From IMG/VR virus record IMGVR_UViG_3300007747_000151: a stretch of 64,000 bases of DNA. The stretch is one strand, 5' to 3'. This document shows positions 9,123 through 18,764 of the stretch, one piece after another. The notes under the pieces were generated by a model. That model made no database searches and had not been told where the DNA came from. It saw nothing but the letters and a program-made list of their open reading frames with translations. Positions within the stretch are counted from its first letter, which is position 1; every line of letters begins with the position of its first letter. Source of the stretch: an uncultured virus (IMG/VR IMGVR_UViG_3300007747_000151) (taxonomy: Duplodnaviria; Heunggongvirae; Uroviricota; Caudoviricetes). A program made the position numbers and the translations under genes.

Positions 9123-10200
9123 TTTGATTATTAATAAATTAAAAATAGAATCCCTGAAATCGTTGCCGAGCAATGAAGTGGAAATTAGACCACTAACACT
9201 TCTCGCTGGAATTAATAATAGCGGGAAAAGTACTATTATCCAGGCTATCAGGATGTTTTTTGCTGCCAGTCGTGGTGGTACTCCCCTTTTAAAAGGACAT
9301 GGAGATATTAGTGAGATAAGATCAAAGAGTAGTTCAAAAAATTCAGATATAAATATTTCATTCGAATATGCAAATGGAGATTCAGATGTCCTTATCATTT
9401 CGGAAGAAAAAATTACACCACCTAGAAAAAGCCCGCATGTAATTTACATTGGTGCGGATAGGCTGGGTCCAAGACCGTCGCTTGAAACCCATCAAGGTGC
9501 CGGTAATATTCCATTTATTGGTGGGCGTGGTGAGCATGTAGTTGACTTTATAACTAAACTGTCAGCTTTGATTATTCCTAATGATTTACATCATGAATGT
9601 TCGGAGGGAGTGACCTTAGAATATGAAATTAAAGGGTGGCTAAATGAAATATCTCCAGGTGTAGAATCTATTTTTGAAACACACGCTAAGTCCGATACAT
9701 CCCATTCTGAATTTGACGGATATAGATCTACAAACGTCGGTTTTGGTTTGAGCTACACTCTGCCGGTAATCGCTGCCATTTTGAGTGCTTCAATTCAGCA
9801 TGAAGACAATACAAAATTTGCTAATAATTTTAGTGAACGATGGGTTAATGAGCAAAAAAATAGTGGATTTTTGTTGGCCTTAGAGAATCCAGAAGCTCAT
9901 TTACACCCTCAAGGACAAACCGCTATGGGGGTTTTAATTGCTAAAGCAGCTAACTCTGGCTTGCAAATAATTTTAGAGACGCATAGTGACCATTTAATGG
10001 ATGGAATAAGAATAGCTGTTAAAAATGGTATTTGTGAATCGGAAAAAATAATCTTTCATTATTTGGAAAAGGATAGTGATAGTATTACCCATATAGTTAC
10101 ACCTAGATTAAATAGTAATGGACAATTGGAGAGTTGGCCGGTTGGTTTTTTTGATCAAACATTGAAGAATAGAGCTGTATTAGCAAAACGGAGTCGTTAA
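9115..10200 (+). CDS. nsnB: ABC/AAA-type ATPase with C-terminal DUF3696, Menshen NsnB-like
   Basis: Walker A GINNSGKS; NVGFGLSY signature; LENPEAHLHPQGQ; ETHSDH; C-terminal WPVGFFDQ. Confidence 0.8.
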   Translation: MADLIINKLKIESLKSLPSNEVEIRPLTLLAGINNSGKSTIIQAIRMFFAASRGGTPLLKGHGDISEIRSKSSSKNSDINISFEYANGDSDVLIISEEKITPPRKSPHVIYIGADRLGPRPSLETHQGAGNIPFIGGRGEHVVDFITKLSALIIPNDLHHECSEGVTLEYEIKGWLNEISPGVESIFETHAKSDTSHSEFDGYRSTNVGFGLSYTLPVIAAILSASIQHEDNTKFANNFSERWVNEQKNSGFLLALENPEAHLHPQGQTAMGVLIAKAANSGLQIILETHSDHLMDGIRIAVKNGICESEKIIFHYLEKDSDSITHIVTPRLNSNGQLESWPVGFFDQTLKNRAVLAKRSR

Positions 10201-10201
10201 T

Positions 10202-11089
10202 ATGGAGCATCTTATATGCATAAATACCAATAGTTTTCCCGCTGGCTCTACTGATGCTGCAAAAGAAATGTTCACTGATGCTATCGAGGGTATACTTGAA
10301 TTAAATGAGGGGGAAGACCGTTTCACGTTTTATCTTGACACCCCTGACAACAGTTCTTTGGCTGAATTTGAACTGGCAGATGGGTATACTTTTGAGGAAT
10401 ACACTAAAGATATAGAATCATCCAATATGGATTTATATGCTTTTTTACTAGAGGTTGAGGATAAAAGTCCAGCGATTGAGAGTGTTTCTGATGATGTATT
10501 TGAGTCTATTTCAACTTATAGTTTTTATGTTAAGGGTAGTGCTGTAGATAGGTTTTGTGATGTATTCAGTTTTGCATGGTTTATGTCTGCTACATTACTA
10601 AGTTTAAATACTGATGAAAAATGGTCAAGTGAATCAATAAACGTTTGTCGCACTGAAAGTGGTGAGTATTTGCTAGAGGATTTATTCTTAAATAACATCT
10701 CGACTTTTGAGCATGGAAGAATACTTTATAATAAATATAACACCATAAATCTTGATGAGATATGTGGTCGGCATTATATAGACAAAGGCTTTAGAACATG
10801 GTTTGAAAACTTGGATAGTGATAATGCAAGGAGGGTGGCTGATAAATTAGAATTGGCATGTAAAAGAGAATTTCAAGGGGGGGAGCCTTTGTTTAAAAAC
10901 TTACAAAATGCCTCTGGAATACGTGAGATAAGAATGAGCGCTTATCCTGGAGGGGCTCTCAGAATTCTTTTTAAACATTACAAAGATAATTTACAAGCTA
11001 TCCTTATTGGATTTATCAAAAAAAATAACTCGGAAGGTTATGATACAGCGATAGCATTGGCTGAGGAGAGATTTGGTCAAATGACATAA
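10202..11089 (+). CDS. nsnC: Effector with C-terminal RelE/ParE (Gp49)-like domain, Menshen NsnC-like
   Basis: C-terminal IREIRMSAYPGGALRILF...ILIGFIKK...AIALAEERF resembles RelE-fold toxins; third tightly coupled gene of the operon. Confidence 0.65.
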   Translation: MEHLICINTNSFPAGSTDAAKEMFTDAIEGILELNEGEDRFTFYLDTPDNSSLAEFELADGYTFEEYTKDIESSNMDLYAFLLEVEDKSPAIESVSDDVFESISTYSFYVKGSAVDRFCDVFSFAWFMSATLLSLNTDEKWSSESINVCRTESGEYLLEDLFLNNISTFEHGRILYNKYNTINLDEICGRHYIDKGFRTWFENLDSDNARRVADKLELACKREFQGGEPLFKNLQNASGIREIRMSAYPGGALRILFKHYKDNLQAILIGFIKKNNSEGYDTAIALAEERFGQMT

Positions 11090-11185
11090 AATCATTTAAG
11101 TTACAATCCATTGCAAACTACTGCGCTGTAGTAGTTGCGACTTGATCTGACACGCTTATGGCTCGGGGCTGAACTTAATCTGACA

Positions 11186-11211
11186 GGCGGCTCTGTGCCA
11201 GAAGCGGAAGT
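11186..11211 (+). repeat. Cargo spacer repeat R1 (right half only)
   Basis: GGCGGCTCTGTGCCAGAAGCGGAAGT, preceded by two ACTTRATCTGACA direct repeats (11140-11152, 11173-11185). Confidence 0.6.
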
Positions 11212-11446
11212 CATTAACATGATTTACTGTTAAACGACGGAAACAAATCAAGCATAGGTAGCCGCTTGCGCACTACTCTCAAAGAGCTTGTTATGCAAGC
11301 TACCGTTGAGTCATGTCATTTCATTAACACATAAATAAGCGGGTGTGGTTTATCATTAAATCGCCAGAAAACTGTTAAAAATTATATTTCAATAATTCCT
11401 TAATCACATATAATCACTTATGTTTAAAATTTTAATTTAAGGATAA

Positions 11447-12898
11447 ATGATGGACGTATGTTATCTTTGCGGAAATGATTTTAATCAAAATTCTACAGTG
11501 GACCATGGAGAGCATGTTATACAACAAGCCATAGGTGGAAATTTAGTCAGCAAGGGCATTCTTTGTAAAAATTGTGGTGGTGATCTCAGCCAAAAAATAG
11601 ATAATCCCTTTAATGCTATATTTGAAGGAATAGCGACACGGCTTGATATAAAAACAGACAGGAAGACAAAAAAAAGCCTGTCCATACCCGGTACGATAAT
11701 AAGCGAAAAAGATGCTTATGGTATGAACCTTAAAGATACCAAAGTTTTTTGGAAGAATTTTAAAGTGTCCCCTGTCAAACCCTTTCACAGGTTTACTGAG
11801 GATTATAAAAAAGTTATTATCTACTCCCCCAAGAATAATTTCGAGAACCATAAATCAATAGTACAACAAGAAATCCAGAGTATGGAATTGGCTACCCCTC
11901 CTGAAATAATCATGTGTGACGATATTGATTGCTATGTGCAATATCAGTTTCCTATGGAGAATATTGCTTTTAAAAGGGGGATTGCTAAAATTGCCATTGG
12001 TTTTGCCTGCACTCACGGAATCTCGAGAGAGACTTTAAATTTGGTGTTAAAAATCTCAGAGGATAATCAAGGGTATATCGATGAAAAAATAATATTAGTT
12101 CAATATGCTCCTTTGAGTGTAATTGATAAAATCATTGAAAATGATAAAGCAAGTTTAGCTAATTACCCTTCGCATAACTTAATACTATTTACGTCAAAAA
12201 AAGAATCTTGTTTATTATGGTGCTATGTTGAGCTGTTTTCGACATTTCAGTTTTACATATTGTTAAGTGATAGTTATGAGGGTAAGCCTGTTTATGAATA
12301 CCATTATCAACGAATCGAAAAAGCAGATGAATATGTTTTCACTCCAGATAGAAGGCATTATAAAGAGCGTACTGTAATTTTAGGAAAGTTAGGGATTACG
12401 GATGAACGTATCCAATCAGCATATGAAAAACAGAAAGATAAAAAAAATCTAAAATCATTAGAACAAATTGAATTCGACATAATCAGGGAAGAGACTGAGA
12501 AGCAGAAAAACAAGGTAGACTTCGAACGTGACATCAATAATTTTGTTGATTATTGTGCGCAAAAAATAATTTCAAATAATGATCTTGACTTTAAATTCAT
12601 GATGAATTTCAAAAGAAATTTCTCGCTATTCAGTAGGAATGAAGTAAATAGTCATGATGAGAATGAAATTTTCGATATATCAAGCTACCGACGTTACTAC
12701 ATAGACAACGAAAAACTTGTAGATTACCCTGAGGCCTTAGTGCAGATGAAAATGTGTAATGAATCGGCATTGAAAACACATAGTTTCTACAGATTCAATC
12801 AACTTGATGATTATATCCAAAACAAGGGGTTAAGAGAGAAGATAAGGCAGGTAAAAAGTCTTATTGAAAAATCAAAAGATGAAAATCACTCTGAATGA
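11447..12898 (+). CDS. HNH endonuclease (HNH_5-like N-terminus) with long unknown C-terminus
   Basis: CYLCG...GEHVIQQAIGG...LCKNCG...IDN; AT-rich. Confidence 0.75.
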   Translation: MMDVCYLCGNDFNQNSTVDHGEHVIQQAIGGNLVSKGILCKNCGGDLSQKIDNPFNAIFEGIATRLDIKTDRKTKKSLSIPGTIISEKDAYGMNLKDTKVFWKNFKVSPVKPFHRFTEDYKKVIIYSPKNNFENHKSIVQQEIQSMELATPPEIIMCDDIDCYVQYQFPMENIAFKRGIAKIAIGFACTHGISRETLNLVLKISEDNQGYIDEKIILVQYAPLSVIDKIIENDKASLANYPSHNLILFTSKKESCLLWCYVELFSTFQFYILLSDSYEGKPVYEYHYQRIEKADEYVFTPDRRHYKERTVILGKLGITDERIQSAYEKQKDKKNLKSLEQIEFDIIREETEKQKNKVDFERDINNFVDYCAQKIISNNDLDFKFMMNFKRNFSLFSRNEVNSHDENEIFDISSYRRYYIDNEKLVDYPEALVQMKMCNESALKTHSFYRFNQLDDYIQNKGLREKIRQVKSLIEKSKDENHSE

Positions 12899-12981
12899 TT
12901 TCTATGGTTGATTTCCTATGAGCAATAAATTCCCACTTTAAGTTAGCATATTCATTTTTTTATACAGCGGGCTACGCAAAA

Positions 12982-13047
12982 GTCCGCTCCTCGCTCAAAG
13001 CAAACCCAATGACCACGTAGCCTGTCCGTTGCGTGCCAGAAGCCGAC
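12982..13047 (+). repeat. Cargo spacer repeat R2
   Basis: GTCCGCTCCTCGCTCAAAGC...AGCCTGTCCGTTGCGTGCCAGAAGCCGAC; 25 bp identical to R4. Confidence 0.8.
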
Positions 13048-13135
13048 TTTTGGTAGTTGTCAGTAGGATGGTATTTGAGCAGAATGAGACAGCCTTTAAG
13101 GCTGTTCGTTTTTTATACAACAACACAAGGTCTGA

Positions 13136-13660
13136 ATGGGGCTACTGGCCCACAAAAGAAAGGATGTACGAGATCGAGCTATGCGTATTCATCAGCAGAA
13201 TAAGTCCCGTAAACTATATCGCAGCGTCAACACGACGACGCGGCACCATTCTAATAATCCGGGTGCTGAGTATCGGTGGGAACGAAATCGCAAAAAAGTC
13301 GGAGATGAGCTACTGGTAAAGCGTGAGACAATGCATAGCAGACAGAAGCGTGGCCGAGACTACACACCATTGTTTTATTTTCTGATCAAAGAGATTGACA
13401 AGCCGTGGAATGAAATATTCAGCGAAGTATGTGGACGTCTTGATACCACCGAGCCGGTATTCTGGTTGGTCGCGCTACATGAGCATCAGCGAAGGGATTT
13501 AGTCTGCATTGGTGAAAGCAGTTTTTACCCAGGTCTGTTTGTTGATGAGAATGGAATTCTGCAACAGGTAAACCTTTCAATCACAAGAGATGACGTTAAG
13601 GTGACATGTCGTTGCTGCACACACACTTATATTGGTGAACCTGTACCTTGGATAGATTGA
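13136..13660 (+). CDS. Hypothetical protein (basic N-terminus; start may be 13181)
   Basis: 174-aa ORF filling the interval between R2 and R3; DYTPLF..L...W.E.FSE..RLD...PVFWLV segment looks like a real globular domain. Confidence 0.6.
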   Translation: MGLLAHKRKDVRDRAMRIHQQNKSRKLYRSVNTTTRHHSNNPGAEYRWERNRKKVGDELLVKRETMHSRQKRGRDYTPLFYFLIKEIDKPWNEIFSEVCGRLDTTEPVFWLVALHEHQRRDLVCIGESSFYPGLFVDENGILQQVNLSITRDDVKVTCRCCTHTYIGEPVPWID

Positions 13661-13720
13661 GTGACACCACCTATCTTATCTTGGATGCGATCATTGTCAG
13701 CAGTAAGAGTGCTTGCAAAC

Positions 13721-13777
13721 ATCCGTTACTCACTTACTCCGGGCCGTTAGCCCTTCCGCAATGTGCCAGGAGCAGAC
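13721..13777 (+). repeat. Cargo spacer repeat R3 (degenerate)
   Basis: ATCCGTTACTCACTTAC...TTCCGCAATGTGCCAGGAGCAGAC. Confidence 0.65.
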
Positions 13778-13975
13778 GTTTAAATATTTTGCCTGCATTT
13801 TTGCATAGACAACGCTTATTAGACGGATTAATCCATATTTGTAGCAAATGCAAATCCCACCAGCTGTACCTACAACCTATTGTTAGTTGTGAAAAATCGA
13901 TGTAGTGTTCTACACATCAAATTTACAAAGGCGGAAAACACCATGTTTAAATATGGAGCTTTCCGCCAAATAAGC

Positions 13976-14965
13976 GTTATGCCTATTCAAAATGATAATA
14001 GAGAATGTGTGAATGGATGCGAGATACGAAGAAAAGACTTTCGAAAGTTACTTCAACAATGAGCTTGATAGAAAAACATCTATCTATTTCCCCCTTGGCC
14101 AGGTGCAAGAAGGCGTTTTAGGCTTGGACTCCGTTGCTCATTCTAGAGGATGGTTTCTGTGGCGAAAGCTCGGATATCCATTCTGGCTCTCTCCGCAATT
14201 TTCAGGCGTTGAACTAAGGGAAATCGCTCATGAAATGGAGCATTACCTTGGCCGAGAGGTTAAGAACATACCGACCATGAAAGTTAACTTGCTATTTCAG
14301 TATAAGCGTCCGCAATACATAACGATGTCAAGTGGTTCTGAGTGGCACTTATGGAATCAGAAGTATTTCTGCTATGACCTGTACACTCAGCAACATACCT
14401 TGCTCTCCCACATAGAAACTAAATTTGGTAACGATGCCGTAGTCCTTTACACTGCCCCTTCTGTCGTAGATGTTGGCGATTTGGTTAACCTAAAAGGGCT
14501 GGGTCAATCATTGATCACACTAACTTTAGACGCGCCTGAGAATTGGATGGGCACCACAGAAACACCTACATAAAGGCAGGCACATACTCGCAGGCATGTA
14601 GTGAACCAGAAATGATTGAAAATTTTAATCTAATTGAAATGATTGAAGCAATGGAACCACGCCAATCAGAAGATAACGTTAATCTAATCATTAATTTTTC
14701 AAGGCAGATTAATTCAGCCATGAAGGATGTCGAAGGGATTGGTTATCTGAAAACCGCATTTGAGAATCGTATGGATGAATTTAGAGATTACGGACTTCAA
14801 CAGTTCGTACTGTTCTACTCAATGCTTACTATGGCAATATTCAGAGAGGTTACCGGCTGCCAATGGTTAATACCATTTGACGGACGAAAAAATGCATAAC
14901 AAAACCAAGCTGCATCGCGCACTTCGTGCGCAGGACCTCGCTACGCTCGGCCGCTGTTGGCAGCG
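13976..14965 (+). mobile_element. Integron-type gene cassette (orphan, degenerate)
   Basis: GTTATGC at 13976-13982 is the exact complement of GCATAAC at 14894-14900, which overlaps the stop codon; attC-like palindrome at 14894-14965. Confidence 0.65.
14013..14899 (+). pseudogene. Broken ~295-aa gene, possible PD-(D/E)xK-like nuclease
   Basis: Two overlapping ORFs (14013-14573, 14543-14899) can be joined by +1 nt near the A run 14492-14495 plus repair of TGA 14537-14539; LFQYKRP motif. Confidence 0.6.
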
Positions 14966-14970
14966 CTGAT

Positions 14971-15035
14971 GTCCGTTACTCGCTCACAGCAGACTAGATG
15001 GCACGCAGCCTGTCCGTTGCGTGCCAGAAGCAGGC
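14971..15035 (+). repeat. Cargo spacer repeat R4
   Basis: GTCCGTTACTCGCTCACAGCAGAC...AGCCTGTCCGTTGCGTGCCAGAAGCAGGC. Confidence 0.8.
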
Positions 15036-15258
15036 ATCGTTACAAATACGGTACTAACTCAGAAAATGGGATAACAAAGCCCACACTACGCGGGCATTAA
15101 TCCAAGTGTATCGCCCTAGTAATCGCTCAAAACCCCACTCAGCCAATACTACATAAGGTAAGGTAGCCATTGACGCTAAAGCTGGAACATTCCGTACCTT
15201 ACGGGCAACTCCCAGCGGAACGATATAGAAAATCAAACTCAAGACCAACGGGATTAAT

Positions 15259-16260
15259 ATGACCTATATTGATTTAACTAAAAATCAGCACTATTTATCA
15301 CAGATTGAGCAACGACTTAACTCAATCGCAGGCGCTGAACATAAAATTTACAGTTTCACTTTACAGGACAGAGAATATCGCACTGTCACACTTGATAATG
15401 AAAAAGGAACAAGAATACAAAGCAATCTCAGCTTTTCAGACTTATATACATTTGAGTTTTTAGATAAGGGGTACAGGAAAAATTTCGAGTATGCCTTTGG
15501 TAAATACGAAGAAAAAATCAAGACAGCCACATCCGCACTACTTGAAAAAATAAAAGAAAAAAACAACGACATTCTCAATGAACTGAATGATGTGTTATGT
15601 CTTAAATTTTTAAACTTAATCAGAAACCCCTACAATATTAGAAAGGTTCTTAACATTTTTGGCGCACTTGCAGATCATTATCCCCTAAACGAACAATTGC
15701 ACAAGGAATACCGCCTGCTGGAAAGCAGGGATGACGGTGGCTTGGAGCGGGTTTGCCGGGTTTTTGGTGTATCAAAAAAAGAATACTTACTCTGGAGGAG
15801 AGTTATATTTCTTTCTTTGATTGATATTGGTAATAATGAATCAATGCTCGAAAGCCTGATAAGAGCATTTTTAGAAAATAAACAGTATGCTACAGGTTGT
15901 TTTATATATGGAATATCCGAAACCCACTCCGATATAAAACCTTTGCTAAGTGACAGGGCTTACGTTGAGTTTTCTGATCCGGCAGAAGCCTCTCTTTTAG
16001 TGGCGTTTAATCTCAACTCTAATTACTTTATAAAGTTTGGATTGATGGATGTTAGAGGCATTATGGAAAAAGAAGCCCCACTAGGCATGGATAAAGAAAA
16101 GGTACTATCTCATTTTTTTAATCAACGGAAAATAATTAGAGTTCACTTGGTTGAAGATAACGACGAAGCACTTTCATCATTAGCTAATTATAACATGAAT
16201 GCTGTTTATCAATGTCACAGCAAAGTATTTTGCTCTGTGCCATTTATTTACAAGAGCTGA
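15259..16260 (+). CDS. DUF4238-like protein
   Basis: N-terminal TKNQHYLSQ motif, later DLYTF...NFE..FGKYE and LLSD; AT-rich. Confidence 0.6.
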   Translation: MTYIDLTKNQHYLSQIEQRLNSIAGAEHKIYSFTLQDREYRTVTLDNEKGTRIQSNLSFSDLYTFEFLDKGYRKNFEYAFGKYEEKIKTATSALLEKIKEKNNDILNELNDVLCLKFLNLIRNPYNIRKVLNIFGALADHYPLNEQLHKEYRLLESRDDGGLERVCRVFGVSKKEYLLWRRVIFLSLIDIGNNESMLESLIRAFLENKQYATGCFIYGISETHSDIKPLLSDRAYVEFSDPAEASLLVAFNLNSNYFIKFGLMDVRGIMEKEAPLGMDKEKVLSHFFNQRKIIRVHLVEDNDEALSSLANYNMNAVYQCHSKVFCSVPFIYKS

Positions 16261-16410
16261 TGGACAAAAATGGATGTGCTTATATAATCATTTCTTTTGG
16301 TTAAAATTCGTTCAGGCTTACTGAGATAATAGTCAATGAAATATGGTAAGATCACTTAATAAAAATCGTTTCTAAGCCTGCGAAATCAAAATGGAAAAAT
16401 ATTTTTGAAG

Positions 16411-16465
16411 ATACCCCCTGCTACACCTGCTACGTGTAGCAGGTGTAGCAGGTGTAGCAGGGTAT
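16411..16465. repeat. Palindromic array of 9-bp repeats (candidate origin or protein-binding site)
   Basis: CCTGCTAC(A) x2 facing GTGTAGCAG x3, closed by ATACCC/GGGTAT. Confidence 0.75.
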
Positions 16466-16530
16466 AGATGTGCGATTCAATGTTTTATTCACTGAGGATT
16501 GTGCATTTTACGTGGGTAAGAGCAATCCTC

Positions 16531-18426
16531 TCATTTTTTTCTACCATCTTTCTTAACACTCTTACCGTTTGTGTTGTTATCAATTTCCAGCATTTTCAAT
16601 GCATCATATATCAAATTACGCTTTGATATATTCGCGGCTGAAGTGCTATTCAACATGTTAATATTATTCAATTCCTCTCTGGGGCTGCGAAGATATAAAT
16701 ATAAATTTGACAGATTTGCAATGCAATTACAGAGGGTACAGTTTTCCAGTATACCAATAAGATTTTTATTCATCTCTCGCTTGGTCAGAACTTTTCTCTC
16801 GCGCAATATAGAGACCAAATCTTGGCTGGATGTAATATTTTTCTCATTTATTACTTTAATTATTTTACCCAAGCAAAAATCAACTTTATCAAGCAGGCCA
16901 TAAATTGAATCAGGGTTAATATTATCAGACTCAATTTCATTCCAATAACTTATTCGCTTAATCATGTGATTATACATTCTTACCGAGCGCAATATAGTTA
17001 TATTGTTGGAGTTCGAAAAAATAGAATGCTGATGAAATTTTGAGTTGGATAACTTAGTGCTATTTATTTTTATTTCACCACTGACACATGCGATGTTATC
17101 GTGGTCAATATACATCGGGTCAGCAAGAATAAAATCAGTGTAGCCCCCCTGGTTCTCCATGATTATATTAATGTCTGACAATAAAACATCTTTTTTGATT
17201 TTTTTCTTTTCAAGTTTTATATGTAACGCAATATTTATAATATAAAAGGCAGAAGAAAGATACCCTACAGGCAAATCATCAGGAGAAATAAGTTTGACTG
17301 CCTCATAAGCATTTTCTAACTCGCCGAAACTGATTGAATATATTAACACCACCATGTCGAAATATGGTTTTAGAACATTTTTATTAGGGGGGGGGTAATT
17401 TTATTGCAAGATTTATTAAATCCAATCCAGAGTAAGTTGCTGTGGTATTTAAATTAAATATAATGTTTTTTATTATTTTTATATAATGTATGGATTCACG
17501 CTCCATGTTTAAAGAAATTGGTGTTATTGCTCGGGAGTAATAATAACTAACAATGGAATTCACTATGTCATCATGAGATAGGAAATCCAGATCTTCTGGA
17601 TTGTAAATGTATCGGGATAGCATTTCTGATATTCCATTGGGTTTTATACCGCATTTTAAATAATTTCTGTAATATTTTGATATTCTATTTATTAGAGGGA
17701 GTTGACGTTCAAGGTTAAGGAGTACAGTAAGTGAATAATGCGCGGACATTAATTTTTTGAGGTTGGCTTCGATCACTGTCCGGTTTTTTTTGGCAACTAC
17801 ATATTCGTATGCTGTATAGCAATCGTTAATTGCTTCTGAGAGTGTTTCTTGTCTCTGCGAGTTATCCTCGCGGATGTTGTCAATATGTACGGTAATCGGG
17901 AGTAAATTTTCTTTATGGGTAGAAAACATGCTTGTATATTCTTTAAGATATTCCTTTACCGCAGAATATGCCCCCTCTTTTTTATCATCCCAGCAAGGGC
18001 AATACTCTTTCTGTAAGAATAAGTGTATGTGGTGATAAAAGCTATCTTCATTATCAGGGGGTAAGTTTTAAATATATCAAGAGCGATTAATCGAGGTAAT
18101 ATATGGGTAGCATATCGTTTTTGTATTTCTTTCCGGCTTAACTCAGTAAAAACGGGGACAGTCATCAGTGCAGTATAGAGTTTCTCGTATTTATAAAAAA
18201 AAGCTCTCCTTTCCTCTTTGCTGAACACTTTACCTACATCGATTATCTCAATGACTTCATCATAGCGTTTCATCTCATCGTCGCGGTTACCAAAAAAATT
18301 CTGGTGGCGTGAAAAGTTGGCATATGCACGCATGTCACTTCGTCTGTCGCCTTTTTTGAATAAGCCAAAAGACTGATAAAGGTCGTACATAAGGTTAGCA
18401 AAAGTATGCACAGCGACTCCTTGCAC
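16531..18426 (-). pseudogene. ~631-aa hypothetical gene split by two poly-C frameshifts
   Basis: Adding one C at the C5 run (18057-18061) and removing one C from the C9 run (17387-17395) fuses the three track ORFs into one 1896-nt frame. Confidence 0.75.
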
Positions 18427-18514
18427 TTGGTTTCGTTTTTTCTACGGGGACAGTATTTCAGATCCTGTGACAAAGTTCGATGGCAGCCAAAGACATCCAA
18501 CGGGAGAACTGAAA

Positions 18515-18739
18515 ATGTCATTTGTACAAACCAGACAACCTGACCAGCAGCAGCGCATAGTTCGCATGGCAGAAATGACGAAGATACTCGGCCTGTCCAG
18601 ATCGACTATCTATGAAAAGCTAAACCCCAAATCTAGGTATTACGACGAGACCTTTCCAAAGCCTGTAAGGCTTGGTGCCGCATCGGTTGGATGGCGTTCC
18701 ACTTCTGTCGATGAGTGGATCGATTCAAGAATTGTTTAA
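18515..18739 (+). CDS. alpA: AlpA family regulator / recombination directionality factor
   Basis: IVRMAEMTKILGLSRSTIY...FPKPVRLGAASVGW..VDEWI. Confidence 0.9.
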   Translation: MSFVQTRQPDQQQRIVRMAEMTKILGLSRSTIYEKLNPKSRYYDETFPKPVRLGAASVGWRSTSVDEWIDSRIV

Positions 18740-18764
18740 TTTTTTTCTCAAAAAGGAGTGTGCA

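Noticed and set aside
13648..14062. Short ORFs 13648-13905 and 13880-14062 (also 13029-13319 and 15054-15248)
   Set aside because: They run across repeat or attC-like elements or overlap better ORFs, and show no recognisable features.
11186..15035. Cargo repeats as a CRISPR array
   Set aside because: Copies are degenerate and separated by 0.7-1.8 kb containing genes, not 30-40-nt spacers; no cas genes are present.
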